Positions 44,788-54,553 of a DNA stretch of 64,000 bases are shown piece by piece. Under the pieces are notes generated by a model, which saw only the letters and a program-made list of their open reading frames with translations, was not told where the DNA came from and made no database searches. The position numbers were made by a program, and so were the translations under genes. Numbering within the stretch: the first letter of the stretch is position 1; each line of letters begins with the position of its first letter. This stretch comes from Nitrospira sp. (GTDB taxonomy: Bacteria; Nitrospirota; Nitrospiria; SBBL01; JAADHI01), in the NCBI GenBank assembly GCA_027020665.1, contig JALUVJ010000093.1, positions 5,795 through 69,794 on the forward strand, read 5' to 3'.

Positions 44788-45822
44788 GTGATTTCATTTT
44801 TCATTGCGATTTGGGTGCTTTCTCTCGTTTTTTTTGCGGGCTATGTTTGGCTGCTCGTGCTGGCGTTCAAAAAAAGTACGCGCTGGGGTTTGGCGGTCTT
44901 TTTTATCCCTTTTGTTTCGTTCTATTTTTCAGCCAAATTTTGGGCCGAAACCAAGCGGCCCTTCCTGATTCATTCCGGCGCGTCCGCCGCACTGATTCTC
45001 GTCGCGCTCGCATTTGCCTTCTTTGCTGCGAGTGAAAGTCCGCCGGGAGCATTCAATGTTCGTCTCTCTCAGCCTTCAATGGAAGCCATATCCGCATCGC
45101 CGCAAAAGACACTGACGCAAGAAGAAGAGATGGCACTTACTTTTATGGAAAAAACCATCGAAGTGATGGAAAAATTGCCCCGCAGCGAAAAACAGCAGGA
45201 AATGTTGAAGGTGATGCGCAGGTTTATTGATTTTCAACGGACGGATTTTTCGGCGGCGGAAGTGCGTGAATATCGCGAGGCGATCGAGCAGGTTCTAAAC
45301 CGCACGGACCTCAATAAAAGCCAACGTGAAAATCTTGAAAAGATGCACACCGCGGTGGTAAAAAAAGACGCCCCGATTGTCGCAGGGCTCGAGGCGCGGC
45401 CCGACGGCGTGACTGAAGCCGGGCGCGTGAATGATGCGGATCATTCACCTCAGGGCCGAAAGCCCTCGGTGACAAGCGGGGCCGCATCACTTTCCGCCTC
45501 GCTCCAAAATGAGGCGCTTTCGCCGAAACAAGCCGAAGCGGCGGTTTCCGCTTTAAGGCCGGGGGCGCAGTCGGCGGTTTCGGATTTTTCGGGTTTCGCG
45601 CGCCGGGAAGCGGCCCCGCAGTATCGTCGCACTTCTTTTGATCAGGCCAAAAACCATATTGGCGCGCCGGTACGATTTAAGGGCCCGAAAGGGGAAGAAA
45701 AAGACTGTATTCTTATGGGTATTTCCCGGAAAAACCTGCATTGCAGGAAAGAATTTTCTTCGGGAAGCTTTTCATTCTCTTACCATGAAAAAGAAATCAA
45801 AGCCCTGAAAATCCTTCGTTAA
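44788..45822 (+). CDS. hypothetical membrane protein (3 N-terminal TM segments, soluble C-terminal part)
   Basis: Hydrophobic segments occupy aa 1-95. I recognised no family. Confidence 0.6.
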   Translation: MISFFIAIWVLSLVFFAGYVWLLVLAFKKSTRWGLAVFFIPFVSFYFSAKFWAETKRPFLIHSGASAALILVALAFAFFAASESPPGAFNVRLSQPSMEAISASPQKTLTQEEEMALTFMEKTIEVMEKLPRSEKQQEMLKVMRRFIDFQRTDFSAAEVREYREAIEQVLNRTDLNKSQRENLEKMHTAVVKKDAPIVAGLEARPDGVTEAGRVNDADHSPQGRKPSVTSGAASLSASLQNEALSPKQAEAAVSALRPGAQSAVSDFSGFARREAAPQYRRTSFDQAKNHIGAPVRFKGPKGEEKDCILMGISRKNLHCRKEFSSGSFSFSYHEKEIKALKILR

Positions 45823-45875
45823 AGAAACAGTTTCCGTGTGAAAACAACACCTTCCATCCTGAATGTCGACACACC

Positions 45876-46241
45876 CTAATCGGGAATATGCTGTTTTCCT
45901 AAGTCTTTTAAATATTCGTAGAGCCTCGGATGACGTGAGGCCATGTCCCGGAATTCCAACCCCACTGCATATTTTTTCTCTTCATTCATCAGCTTGACCC
46001 AGATAATCTGCCCCATGAGTGTGGCTTGAATGACCCCCGAATCCTCACCCGGTAAATCGAGTTTTACCTTCACGAGCATCATATCGCCTTTTTGACAGGC
46101 ATGATCCACGTAACAGCCCATGCCTTCGGTGGACAAGTCGCGCACCATGACCTCGCTGCCTTTTTGCAGGCCGTGTGGTGTGATGTGTGCAATCGTGGCA
46201 ATGGGAATTCTAATGTTTTTGCGTTTATTTTCCATCTTCAT
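45876..46241 (-). CDS. single-domain PilZ protein (c-di-GMP receptor type)
   Basis: Both halves of the PilZ signature are present: RKNIR (RxxxR) and DLSTEGMG (D/NxSxxG). Confidence 0.8.
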   Translation of the reverse strand: MKMENKRKNIRIPIATIAHITPHGLQKGSEVMVRDLSTEGMGCYVDHACQKGDMMLVKVKLDLPGEDSGVIQATLMGQIIWVKLMNEEKKYAVGLEFRDMASRHPRLYEYLKDLGKQHIPD

Positions 46242-46367
46242 CCCTCCAGTTCGGGGGTTTTCAAATGCGGTCTGATTTTAATCTTACCACTTTATTTTCA
46301 TCTCACCAGTGCCTGTGCCGCCGCACAAAACCCTTTTTCCCGCATTTCCTTGGGGCGGTCCAGAATA

Positions 46368-46399
46368 TTGCGTAAAAAGAGAACACTGTGTTATATAAA
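46368..46399 (+). promoter_or_regulatory. candidate sigma70 promoter for argD-argF-argG
   Basis: TTGCGT (46368-46373), a 17-18 nt spacer, then TTATATAAA (46391-46399). It lies about 30 nt upstream of the first in-frame ATG. Confidence 0.35.
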
Positions 46400-46425
46400 C
46401 CTCTTTTTCTTTCAGTGACTTATAA

Positions 46426-47652
46426 ATGCAAAACCGTACAGAAAAATGGATGGCGGAAGGGGAGCAGGTCTTGATGCCGACCTACGCCCGCTTCCCGCTG
46501 GTATTGAAGCAGGGCTCCGGTGCCACGCTGAGGGATGTGGACGGCAAGGCCTACCTTGATTTTGTCAGTGGCGTTGCGGTCAATGCCTTGGGGCACTGTG
46601 ATCCCGTTCTGGTGCAAGCGGTGCAACAGCAGGCTGCAACCCTGCTGCATGTTTCAAACCTTTATTACAACCTGCCGCAGATTGAGCTTGCAAAAATCCT
46701 TGTACAGCATTCGTTTGCGGACAAAGTCTTTTTTTGCAACAGCGGTGCGGAGGCCGTGGAAGCTGCGATCAAACTTGCGCGAAAGTTTGCCAAGGAAAAA
46801 CGGCCCGGTGACCGTTTTGAAATCATCACAGCCGAAAGCGCCTTTCACGGCCGCACGATGGCCGCGCTTGCGGCGACAGGGCAAGCAAAGTATCAGGCGG
46901 GTTTTGAACCCGTTCTTTCCGGTTTCCGGCAAGTGCCTTTTGACAATGCGGATGTGATTGCCAACGCCGTCAACGCGCATACGGCCGCCGTGCTGCTGGA
47001 ACCCGTTCAGGGGGAAGGCGGCGTGCGGATTCCCAAACCCGGCTATCTTGCCGCCGTGCGAAAGATTTGTGATAATGCGGGGGTTTTATTGATTTTGGAT
47101 GAAGTGCAAACCGGCATCGGGCGCACGGGGCACCTTTTTGCCCATCAGGCCGCTGGCATCGTACCCGACATCATGAGCATCGCAAAGGGTTTGGGCGGCG
47201 GACTGCCCGTGGGGGCCATCCTGGCAAAGGATGCCGTGGCCTCGGTGTTTCAACCCGGCAGCCATGCGTCGACTTTCGGCGGCAATCCCCTTGTTTGCAG
47301 CGCGGGCCTTGCCGTGCTCAAACGGCTGACCGAAGAGGCCTCTTTTTTAGAAGCCGTCCTGGAAAAAGGGGATTATCTGATCGCCGCTTTAAAACAACTT
47401 CAAACCGCATGCCCCTTGATTAAAGCCGTACGGGGCCGCGGACTCATGATTGCGCTTGATTTGACGATTCCTGCACAGGACGTCATTGAAGCTGCCCTGG
47501 CCGATGGACTCTTGCTGAATCGCACCTCTGAAAACACGCTCCGGTTGATTCCGCCCTTAACCATTCGGCAGGAAGAGATTGAGCGCATGTTGGCCGTTTT
47601 ATCCAAAATTTTAAAGGCGAAACCCGATAAGGAGGAGCATGCCGAAACGTGA
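46426..47652 (+). CDS. argD: acetylornithine aminotransferase
   Basis: It has LMPTYARFPL, the class-III aminotransferase motif DEVQTGIGRTG and the PLP Lys in SIAKGLGGG. The start is uncertain (ATG at 46426, 46450 or 46474). Confidence 0.9.
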   Translation: MQNRTEKWMAEGEQVLMPTYARFPLVLKQGSGATLRDVDGKAYLDFVSGVAVNALGHCDPVLVQAVQQQAATLLHVSNLYYNLPQIELAKILVQHSFADKVFFCNSGAEAVEAAIKLARKFAKEKRPGDRFEIITAESAFHGRTMAALAATGQAKYQAGFEPVLSGFRQVPFDNADVIANAVNAHTAAVLLEPVQGEGGVRIPKPGYLAAVRKICDNAGVLLILDEVQTGIGRTGHLFAHQAAGIVPDIMSIAKGLGGGLPVGAILAKDAVASVFQPGSHASTFGGNPLVCSAGLAVLKRLTEEASFLEAVLEKGDYLIAALKQLQTACPLIKAVRGRGLMIALDLTIPAQDVIEAALADGLLLNRTSENTLRLIPPLTIRQEEIERMLAVLSKILKAKPDKEEHAET

Positions 47653-48556
47653 CTTTCTGAGCCTCGCACCGCTTTCCCTCAAAGACTTTAACTGGCTTTT
47701 AGGCCGTGCGGAGGAATACAAAAAAGACTTCGTCTTATTGCGTTCGCTGGAAAATCAAGTGGTGGGGCTGCTCTTTGAAAAAGCCTCGACGCGCACACGC
47801 GTTTCTTTTGAAGTGGCGATTACCCGGCTGGGCGGCCATTCCATCTTTCTTTCGAGCGACGACATGCAGGTTAAACGCGGAGAAAGCATCGCAGACACGG
47901 CGCGTGTTTTGTCGGCTTATCTGGATTGCCTCGTCATACGCACTTTTAAACAACAGGATCTGGAAACTTGGGCTCAATATGCCTCGATTCCCGTGATTAA
48001 CGGCCTCACCGATCTTTATCACCCCTGCCAAATTCTGACGGATCTTTTCACCATTTACCAAAAGCGCGGGGCTTTGAAAGGACTGAAGCTGGCTTATATC
48101 GGCGACGGCAATAACATCGCCCATTCTCTGATGATCGGAGGCGCCAAAACAGGCATGCATGTCGCCATTGCCTCGCCAAAAACCCGGCAGCCGAACAAAG
48201 CGATTTTTACGCAGGCCGCCCGGCTCGCAGGGGAATCCGAGGGCAGCGTGAGCATTGGCAGCGATCCGAAAGAAGCCGCGCAAGAGGCCGACATCCTCTA
48301 CACCGACGTTTGGGTTTCAATGGGGGACGAGAATAAAAAAGCGTCCCTAATAAAAAAACTCACCCCCTATCAAATAAACGAAACCCTGCTTGAACAGGCC
48401 AACGCGGATTGTTTGGTGATGCACTGCCTGCCTGCCCACCGCGGTGAAGAAATTACCGACGCCGTGATGGAAGGACCCAATTCCGTTATTTTTGAACAGG
48501 CGGCCAATCGACTGCCCGTGCAACAGGCCATATTGGAGTTATTGCTGAATCGATGA
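47639..48556 (+). CDS. argF: ornithine carbamoyltransferase
   Basis: It has the STRTR motif ([13 protein letters not shown]), HPCQ and [16 protein letters not shown] lies upstream of the ATG. Confidence 0.95.
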   Translation: MPKRDFLSLAPLSLKDFNWLLGRAEEYKKDFVLLRSLENQVVGLLFEKASTRTRVSFEVAITRLGGHSIFLSSDDMQVKRGESIADTARVLSAYLDCLVIRTFKQQDLETWAQYASIPVINGLTDLYHPCQILTDLFTIYQKRGALKGLKLAYIGDGNNIAHSLMIGGAKTGMHVAIASPKTRQPNKAIFTQAARLAGESEGSVSIGSDPKEAAQEADILYTDVWVSMGDENKKASLIKKLTPYQINETLLEQANADCLVMHCLPAHRGEEITDAVMEGPNSVIFEQAANRLPVQQAILELLLNR

Positions 48557-49773
48557 GCACACAAAGCATTCAAAAAGCCGTCCTGGCTTATTCGGGCGGA
48601 CTCGATACTTCCGTCATTATTTGCTGGCTGAAAGAAACCTACGGCTGCGAAGTCATTGCTTATTGTGCCGACTTGGGACAAGGCGAAGAATTGGCACCAT
48701 TGACACAAAAGGCAAAAAAAACAGGGGCCTCAAAGGTTTATATTTCAGATCTTAGGGAGACCTTTGCCGAAGACTACATTTTCCCCATGCTGCGTGCGAA
48801 TGCGGTTTATGAGGATGTTTATCTTTTGGGCACGGCCATCGCCCGGCCGCTGATTGCAAAACGGCAGATGGAAATCGCCAAAGAAGAAGGAGCCGACGCC
48901 GTTTCCCACGGCGCGACGGGAAAAGGCAACGACCAGGTGCGTTTTGAACTGGCCTATCTCGCCATCGACCCTAAGATTAAGATTGTTGCCCCGTGGCGGG
49001 ATTGGCGCTTTCAGTCGCGTTCCGATTTGATTGCGTATACCGCAAAGCACAATATCCCCGTTGAAGCGACGGCGGACAAACCCTACAGCATCGACCGTAA
49101 TTTACTGCACGTCAGTTACGAAGGCGGCATCCTGGAAGATCCCTGGACGGCGCCGCAGGAAGCCATGTTTGCGACAACGGTTTCACCCGAAGCCGCACCG
49201 GATGAGGCCGCAACGATTGAAATCGAATACAAAGCAGGCAACCCCGTTGCGCTTGACGGCAGAAGGTATTCCCCGGCGGCCCTCATCGAAAAATTGAACC
49301 AACTCGGCGGCATGCACGGCATTGGCCGTGTGGACTTGGTGGAAAACCGCTACGTGGGTATGAAGTCACGCGGAATTTACGAAACACCGGGCGGCACCAT
49401 TCTGCATGCCGCGCACCGCGCCATCGAATCGCTCACGCTCGACCGGGAAGTGCAGCACCTGCGTGACAGTCTCATTCCGCAATATGCGTCGATGGTGTAC
49501 AACGGCTATTGGTTTTCCCCCGAACGCGAAATGCTGCAAACAATGATGGACGCGGCACAAAAAGGTGTAACCGGCATCGCACGCCTCAAATTATACAAAG
49601 GCAATGTGACCGTTATGGGCCGCAGGGCCCCGCACTCCCTCTATCGCCCCGAAATTTCCACCTTCGAAAAAGACACGGTCTATGTGCAAAAAGAAGCCGA
49701 AGGTTTTATCCGCTTGAACGCATTAAGATTAAAATTAGCGGCAATGCAGGGAATACGATCGGAGTCGGATTAG
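48553..49773 (+). CDS. argG: argininosuccinate synthase
   Basis: It has AYSGGLDTS and [13 protein letters not shown]. It overlaps the argF stop in an ATGA arrangement. Confidence 0.95.
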   Translation: MSTQSIQKAVLAYSGGLDTSVIICWLKETYGCEVIAYCADLGQGEELAPLTQKAKKTGASKVYISDLRETFAEDYIFPMLRANAVYEDVYLLGTAIARPLIAKRQMEIAKEEGADAVSHGATGKGNDQVRFELAYLAIDPKIKIVAPWRDWRFQSRSDLIAYTAKHNIPVEATADKPYSIDRNLLHVSYEGGILEDPWTAPQEAMFATTVSPEAAPDEAATIEIEYKAGNPVALDGRRYSPAALIEKLNQLGGMHGIGRVDLVENRYVGMKSRGIYETPGGTILHAAHRAIESLTLDREVQHLRDSLIPQYASMVYNGYWFSPEREMLQTMMDAAQKGVTGIARLKLYKGNVTVMGRRAPHSLYRPEISTFEKDTVYVQKEAEGFIRLNALRLKLAAMQGIRSESD

Positions 49774-50046
49774 GAAAACGCAGTGCCTTCAAGTTTTAAT
49801 GCGCAATGTTTAAGCGCATTTAACAAACTGCTGAACCCCACGCATCGCCTCGGCGTCTTCAGGTGATATTTTTCACGTGTCTCAAACCCGGGTGCTCGGT
49901 AAAATCCGCCACTTCATTGGCGTCTTGTGCGGTCTTTTTTTCAAAACTTCCTGAAGCAGCCCCGCCGTCATGGACAAGACACCGGCTTTTAAAACACCGT
50001 GTTCATCGCCTCGGGCTTTGTCTTTCAGGCGACTTGACGGTTTCTT

Positions 50047-50072
50047 CCCCAAATCAATCGCCGATCTTGGGG
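50047..50072. repeat. intergenic palindromic motif, copy 1
   Basis: CCCCAAATCAATCGCCGATCTTGGGG. See copies 2 and 3. Confidence 0.7.
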
Positions 50073-50207
50073 TTGGGATCAAGATTGATATTTTAAAAGG
50101 CTTACTTTAGTATTCACGTTTCGCCTTTTAGTCGAATAACTGTAAATCGGGTGTTTAATGTTTTTGAATCGCCGCTTTTTATCCCTGCTTAACGTCCTTC
50201 TTTTCGC

Positions 50208-53096
50208 ATGACACGTCTGCTCTGTACGATTTTTTTGATTTCGGGGGCCTCCGCCCTGATGTTTCAAGCCCTTTGGTTTCGGCAGGCGGGACTGGCTTTT
50301 GGCAACAGTATCTGGGCCTCCAGCCTTGTGCTTTCGGGTTTTATGGGCGGACTGGCGCTGGGAAACGGTTTGGCCGCCCTGGAGCGGGGACGTCTGAAAC
50401 ATCCCATCGCCTGTTATGCCCTTATGGAGCTGCTCATCGGCCTTGCGGGCGTGGCCCTGGTCTACCTGCTGCCGGAGCTGGGGCAATGGCTTGCGCCGCT
50501 GTTTTTTCCGCTGCTGGATCAGCCCTGGATGCTGAATGGACTCCGGCTGCTCTTTGCTTTTCTCTTGCTGCTCATTCCTTCAACAGCAATGGGCTTGACC
50601 CTGCCTGTGCTGACAAAGGCGCTTTCGGCGCAAGATCCGGTTTTTGGCCGTGTGCTAGGACGGCTTTACGGGTGGAATACCCTTGGGGCCGTATTCGGGG
50701 TGCTGCTGACGGAGTTTGTCCTCATTGAAGCGGTCGGTGTGCATGCGACGGCCTGGTTTGCCGGTATTCTGAATGTCTTGGTGGCGGCCATCGCTTGGCG
50801 CTTGGATAAACGCACGGTGCCTGCGGTCGTTTCCCCGAAGGCTGCGCCGCTCAAGGCGCAGCCTTCACCCGCAGGGCTGCAACAGGCGCCCGATGCGCGT
50901 GACCGCGCGGCTGCGTTACGGCGTTTTTTGTCGGCGGCCTTTTTGTCCGGTTTTTGTCTTTTGGCCCTGGAAATCATTTGGTTCCGTTTTTTGATGCTTT
51001 TTATTTCCGGACACTCGACTTCTTTTTCGCTGATGCTGGCCGTTGTGTTGGCAGGTATTGCTCTGGGCGGTTTTGCCGCTTCGGGTATTTTAAAAAAGCA
51101 GCCCCGTTTTGCACAGCAAGGGGCAACAGCGGCTTTTATTTTAAGCGTGCTCTCTATGCTCACGTATGCCCTCTTCCCCAATGTGGTGAAGCCTTATACG
51201 CAGGCGGTCATCACGCAGGCGACGGGCATTTTGAATGTCGGCATACCGCTCATGTTTCCTGTTTCTTTTATGTCCGGGCTCTTTTTCACACTCATCGGCA
51301 CGGCCCTGCGGGATTATCTTGCTTCCGAGACGGCAACGGCCGGAGCCCTCACACTTGCGAATACCACGGGTGCGGCGCTGGGGGCCTTCAGCGCCGGTTT
51401 TTTTTTGTTGCCGGTCTTCGGGATAGAACGGTCTCTTTTTTTTATGGCCGCGCTCTACGGCCTGATCGGGCTGTTGCTGATGAGCGGCAAGGCCAAGGTG
51501 CCGGCCATGAGCTATGCGGGGGCCGGGCTTGTTGCTTTGGGGCTCCTGATTTTTCCTGCGGGCGATATGGAGAAATATCATCTCCGGGTGCCGAGTCAAC
51601 GGCTGATTTCACCGGAAGGCGCGGGCATCATCACCGAAACGCGTGAAGGCTTGATTGAAACCATTACTTATTTAGAGCAACAGTGGCAGGAAAAACCGCT
51701 TTTTTATCGTTTAATTACCAATTCCTATTCCATGTCGAGCACGGACTTCCGCTCGCGGCGCTATATGAAACTCTTTGTTTATTGGCCCTTGGCCGTTCAC
51801 CCTGATCCGAGGGATGTGCTCTTGATTTCATATGGCGTCGGCAGCACGGCGAAGGCCTTGACCGATTCAAAAATGTTGCAAAAAATCGATGTCGTCGATA
51901 TTTCCAGGGATATTCTGGAAATGAACGACAATGTATATCCCGACCCCGCGACATTGCCGCTGAATGATCCGCGTGTTGCGGTGCATATTGAAGATGCACG
52001 TTATTTTTTGCAGACGACGGATCGACGCTTTGATCTGATTACGGCGGAGCCTCCGCCGCCTGAAGTTGCGGGCGTCGTGAATCTTTACACACGGGAATAT
52101 TTTCAATTGCTCTATGATCGCCTGAATGAAGGCGGCATTGCCACCTATTGGTTGCCGCTGCATGCAATGGATGCCATGAGCGTCAAAGCCATTCTCCGGG
52201 CGTTTTGCGACGTTTTTGAGGATTGCTCCCTGTGGCACGGTCAGTGGTTGGATCTGATGATCGTAGGCACCCGAAATGCCCAAGGCCCGGTCTCGGAATC
52301 TGTCTTCATGCGGCAATGGCAAGACCCGATTGTTTCAAAAGAATTGATTGATCTGGGTTTGGAGCGGCCGGAGCAACTCGGCCCGCTTTTCATCGGGGAT
52401 GCCGCTTATTTGAATGAAATCACCCAAGGGGCACCGCCACTTGTGGATAATTTTCCAAAGCGGGTGAGGTCTTCTTCGGGGCCGCGCATGGGCCTGGTGA
52501 AATTAATCGATCAATGGATGGATATCAGCACAGCTCAGGCCCGTTTTATGAAAAGCCCGCTGATCGCCCGGCTCTGGCCCGAACGGCTTCGACAAGACTC
52601 TCTGGCCTATTTTGCGTTTCAGGACATTTTAAATCGCCACTGGTTTGGTTTCAGAGATCCGGGCATGCCGGTGATTGCGGATTTGGATCGGGTTTTAAAC
52701 GGGGCTTCACTCAAAACCTTGCCGCTCTGGCTCATGGGCAGCAATGCCGATTATCAGCGTATTGTGCGTGCGGCCGACCCGGAAGCACGAGAAAGCCCGA
52801 TGATGCAGGTGCATTTGGCCATGCGGCAGATGGCTGATCGAGACTACGAATCGGCCGTGGCCTCTTTCACACGGGCGGAGGCCGACCCCACGCTCAGAGG
52901 TGATGCCTTCAGTTATAAAATCTATGCACTGTCCAATTTGGGGCGCACGGCAGAAGCGCGGGTTTTGGTTAAGGAAGAAATGGCCGGGTTTCTCAAAAAT
53001 CGGAAAGACGCGGCGGACGAACGGCCCCCGCTCTCGCCTTTCTGGTCGTGGATGAAAGAAGCGCGCGGCATCGATCCTTTCGACGGTGCCGAATAA
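50208..53096 (+). CDS. fused polytopic membrane domain / spermidine-synthase-like methyltransferase-fold protein with C-terminal helical (TPR-like) region
   Basis: About 12 TM segments occupy aa 1-450. These are followed by VLLISYGVGSTAKAL...IDVVDISRDILEM...VHIEDARYFL...FDLITAEPPPP, a spermine/spermidine synthase-like fold. Confidence 0.6.
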   Translation: MTRLLCTIFLISGASALMFQALWFRQAGLAFGNSIWASSLVLSGFMGGLALGNGLAALERGRLKHPIACYALMELLIGLAGVALVYLLPELGQWLAPLFFPLLDQPWMLNGLRLLFAFLLLLIPSTAMGLTLPVLTKALSAQDPVFGRVLGRLYGWNTLGAVFGVLLTEFVLIEAVGVHATAWFAGILNVLVAAIAWRLDKRTVPAVVSPKAAPLKAQPSPAGLQQAPDARDRAAALRRFLSAAFLSGFCLLALEIIWFRFLMLFISGHSTSFSLMLAVVLAGIALGGFAASGILKKQPRFAQQGATAAFILSVLSMLTYALFPNVVKPYTQAVITQATGILNVGIPLMFPVSFMSGLFFTLIGTALRDYLASETATAGALTLANTTGAALGAFSAGFFLLPVFGIERSLFFMAALYGLIGLLLMSGKAKVPAMSYAGAGLVALGLLIFPAGDMEKYHLRVPSQRLISPEGAGIITETREGLIETITYLEQQWQEKPLFYRLITNSYSMSSTDFRSRRYMKLFVYWPLAVHPDPRDVLLISYGVGSTAKALTDSKMLQKIDVVDISRDILEMNDNVYPDPATLPLNDPRVAVHIEDARYFLQTTDRRFDLITAEPPPPEVAGVVNLYTREYFQLLYDRLNEGGIATYWLPLHAMDAMSVKAILRAFCDVFEDCSLWHGQWLDLMIVGTRNAQGPVSESVFMRQWQDPIVSKELIDLGLERPEQLGPLFIGDAAYLNEITQGAPPLVDNFPKRVRSSSGPRMGLVKLIDQWMDISTAQARFMKSPLIARLWPERLRQDSLAYFAFQDILNRHWFGFRDPGMPVIADLDRVLNGASLKTLPLWLMGSNADYQRIVRAADPEARESPMMQVHLAMRQMADRDYESAVASFTRAEADPTLRGDAFSYKIYALSNLGRTAEARVLVKEEMAGFLKNRKDAADERPPLSPFWSWMKEARGIDPFDGAE

Positions 53097-53141
53097 GGCT
53101 TCCCGCTTAAAAGCGACGGTCTATCGCTGAGGGCTTAAAAT

Positions 53142-53819
53142 CTAAAGGCGTTCTTCTTTGATTGTGACAGCCGCGTTTTTTTTGAGTGAAGTGATGTAGG
53201 CTCTAACGGCGCGTTCACGCTTGCGGGAAAGACGGTCTTCGATGATTTTGTCGGGATCGCCCTTTGCCGGATCGCTTTCTTCCGCGTCTTTGATCTCGGC
53301 GGGCGTCAACCAAACCCCGTTTTTTACGAGCAGTTGGGCTTTTTTGACCAAGAGGGCCTCGCGTTGTCCGGCTTCAAAGCGTTCCGGTGTTAAGCGCTCG
53401 GAAGAGAGAATGCGTTGATAGCGTTCGGGGTCAAATCGGCCGTCTTTCTGGAATCCGGCCATTGCGGTGATGTTTTCCCGCAGGCTCTCATCGCTGACGG
53501 AAATCCGCATTTTCCGGGCTTCCTGAATCCAAAGTCTGCGTTCAACCAATTCATTCATCACCTGCTTGCGCAAGGCTTCATCGTCGTAATCCTCTTGAAA
53601 GAGCTCACGATAAAATCGCGAAGCATTCCGATAGGCCCGCTGGTATTCGTCCATCAGGATGCGGTCCTCGCCCACTTCGGCAAGCACGTTTTCCGGGTTT
53701 TCGCGATCCCCGAAACCCCACCAGCCCATTGAAACGGCAAAGACGGCGGCAATGCCCAACATGATGATTCGAAAAAACCAAGGGTTATCAATCGCCCCTT
53801 CTCTGATGTGCTTCAGCAT
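53142..53819 (-). CDS. SurA-N/PpiD-like periplasmic chaperone domain protein lacking a PPIase domain
   Basis: It has an N-terminal anchor FFRIIMLGIAAVFAVSMGWW followed by SurA_N-type helices (VLAEVGEDRILMDEYQRAY...). At 225 aa it has no parvulin segment. Confidence 0.55.
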   Translation of the reverse strand: MLKHIREGAIDNPWFFRIIMLGIAAVFAVSMGWWGFGDRENPENVLAEVGEDRILMDEYQRAYRNASRFYRELFQEDYDDEALRKQVMNELVERRLWIQEARKMRISVSDESLRENITAMAGFQKDGRFDPERYQRILSSERLTPERFEAGQREALLVKKAQLLVKNGVWLTPAEIKDAEESDPAKGDPDKIIEDRLSRKRERAVRAYITSLKKNAAVTIKEERL

Positions 53820-53896
53820 AAGAACACCTCAAAACGGTTGTTATAACAGGATTTAAAATAACATCCACATGGACAAAAATCAATGTAGGGCTTAAT

Positions 53897-53921
53897 CCCA
53901 AAATCAATCGCTGATCTTGGG
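53897..53921. repeat. intergenic palindromic motif, copy 2
   Basis: CCCAAAATCAATCGCTGATCTTGGG. Confidence 0.7.
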
Positions 53922-53936
53922 TTAATCAGAGCTTCC

Positions 53937-54524
53937 TTAAGCACACCGGGTCAAGCGGTTTTGGTCGGTATGATGGAACAAGGCTTCCCGGCCGTGTATT
54001 TTCAAGACGGTATCTTCCGTGTAACTGAAGCTGCCGTCTTCGTGTAAGGTCAGTCTCAAATCATAACGTACGGTTTTAAAGGCCTCATCCAAGAAAGGAT
54101 TGGATAGAATGCCGTAGGTTTCCGATCCGGCTTCGGCGGACAACTCGATGCTTGTGCTGTGTAAATCCGAATGGCCTCCTGCGTTGACCACAACCCCGCG
54201 CGGCACAATAAAACAACGCATGGCTTGTTGCTCCTTGGCATCCCAGAGCCAATATCCCGTTTCTTCGTGAAAGGCTTTTTCTTCTCCGAGCGGCCAGGCC
54301 GTTGTTGCGTATCTCAGGCCGTAAAGCACTTGCGGGCCGTTGATGACCGGGCCCATGGGTTCAAGAATGAGGCGTTCCCGGAAGCGCGTTTCGACGGGAC
54401 CCGTTTTTGCGGGGGCAATATCAATGCCCTTGTCGCCCTCCCAGGTGCCGGCCAATGGACTGAAGGGTCCCAGGTTTTTGATAATATCATGGTCAACGCC
54501 GCTTGGTTTTTCGAATACGTTCAT
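53937..54524 (-). CDS. heme-binding beta-barrel (nitrobindin/THAP4-like, DUF1794) family protein
   Basis: LGPFSPLAGTWEGDKGIDIAP plus lipocalin-like strand periodicity. The assignment is from memory of the family signature. Confidence 0.45.
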   Translation of the reverse strand: MNVFEKPSGVDHDIIKNLGPFSPLAGTWEGDKGIDIAPAKTGPVETRFRERLILEPMGPVINGPQVLYGLRYATTAWPLGEEKAFHEETGYWLWDAKEQQAMRCFIVPRGVVVNAGGHSDLHSTSIELSAEAGSETYGILSNPFLDEAFKTVRYDLRLTLHEDGSFSYTEDTVLKIHGREALFHHTDQNRLTRCA

Positions 54525-54553
54525 GGTTTTTCCTCCATAAGGATTTGAATTCT

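Noticed and set aside
50079-50486. A 135-aa minus-strand ORF overlapping the start of the spermidine-synthase-like gene.
   Set aside because: - It is a Lys/Arg/Gln-rich low-complexity translation.
- It runs antisense to a convincing multi-TM coding frame.
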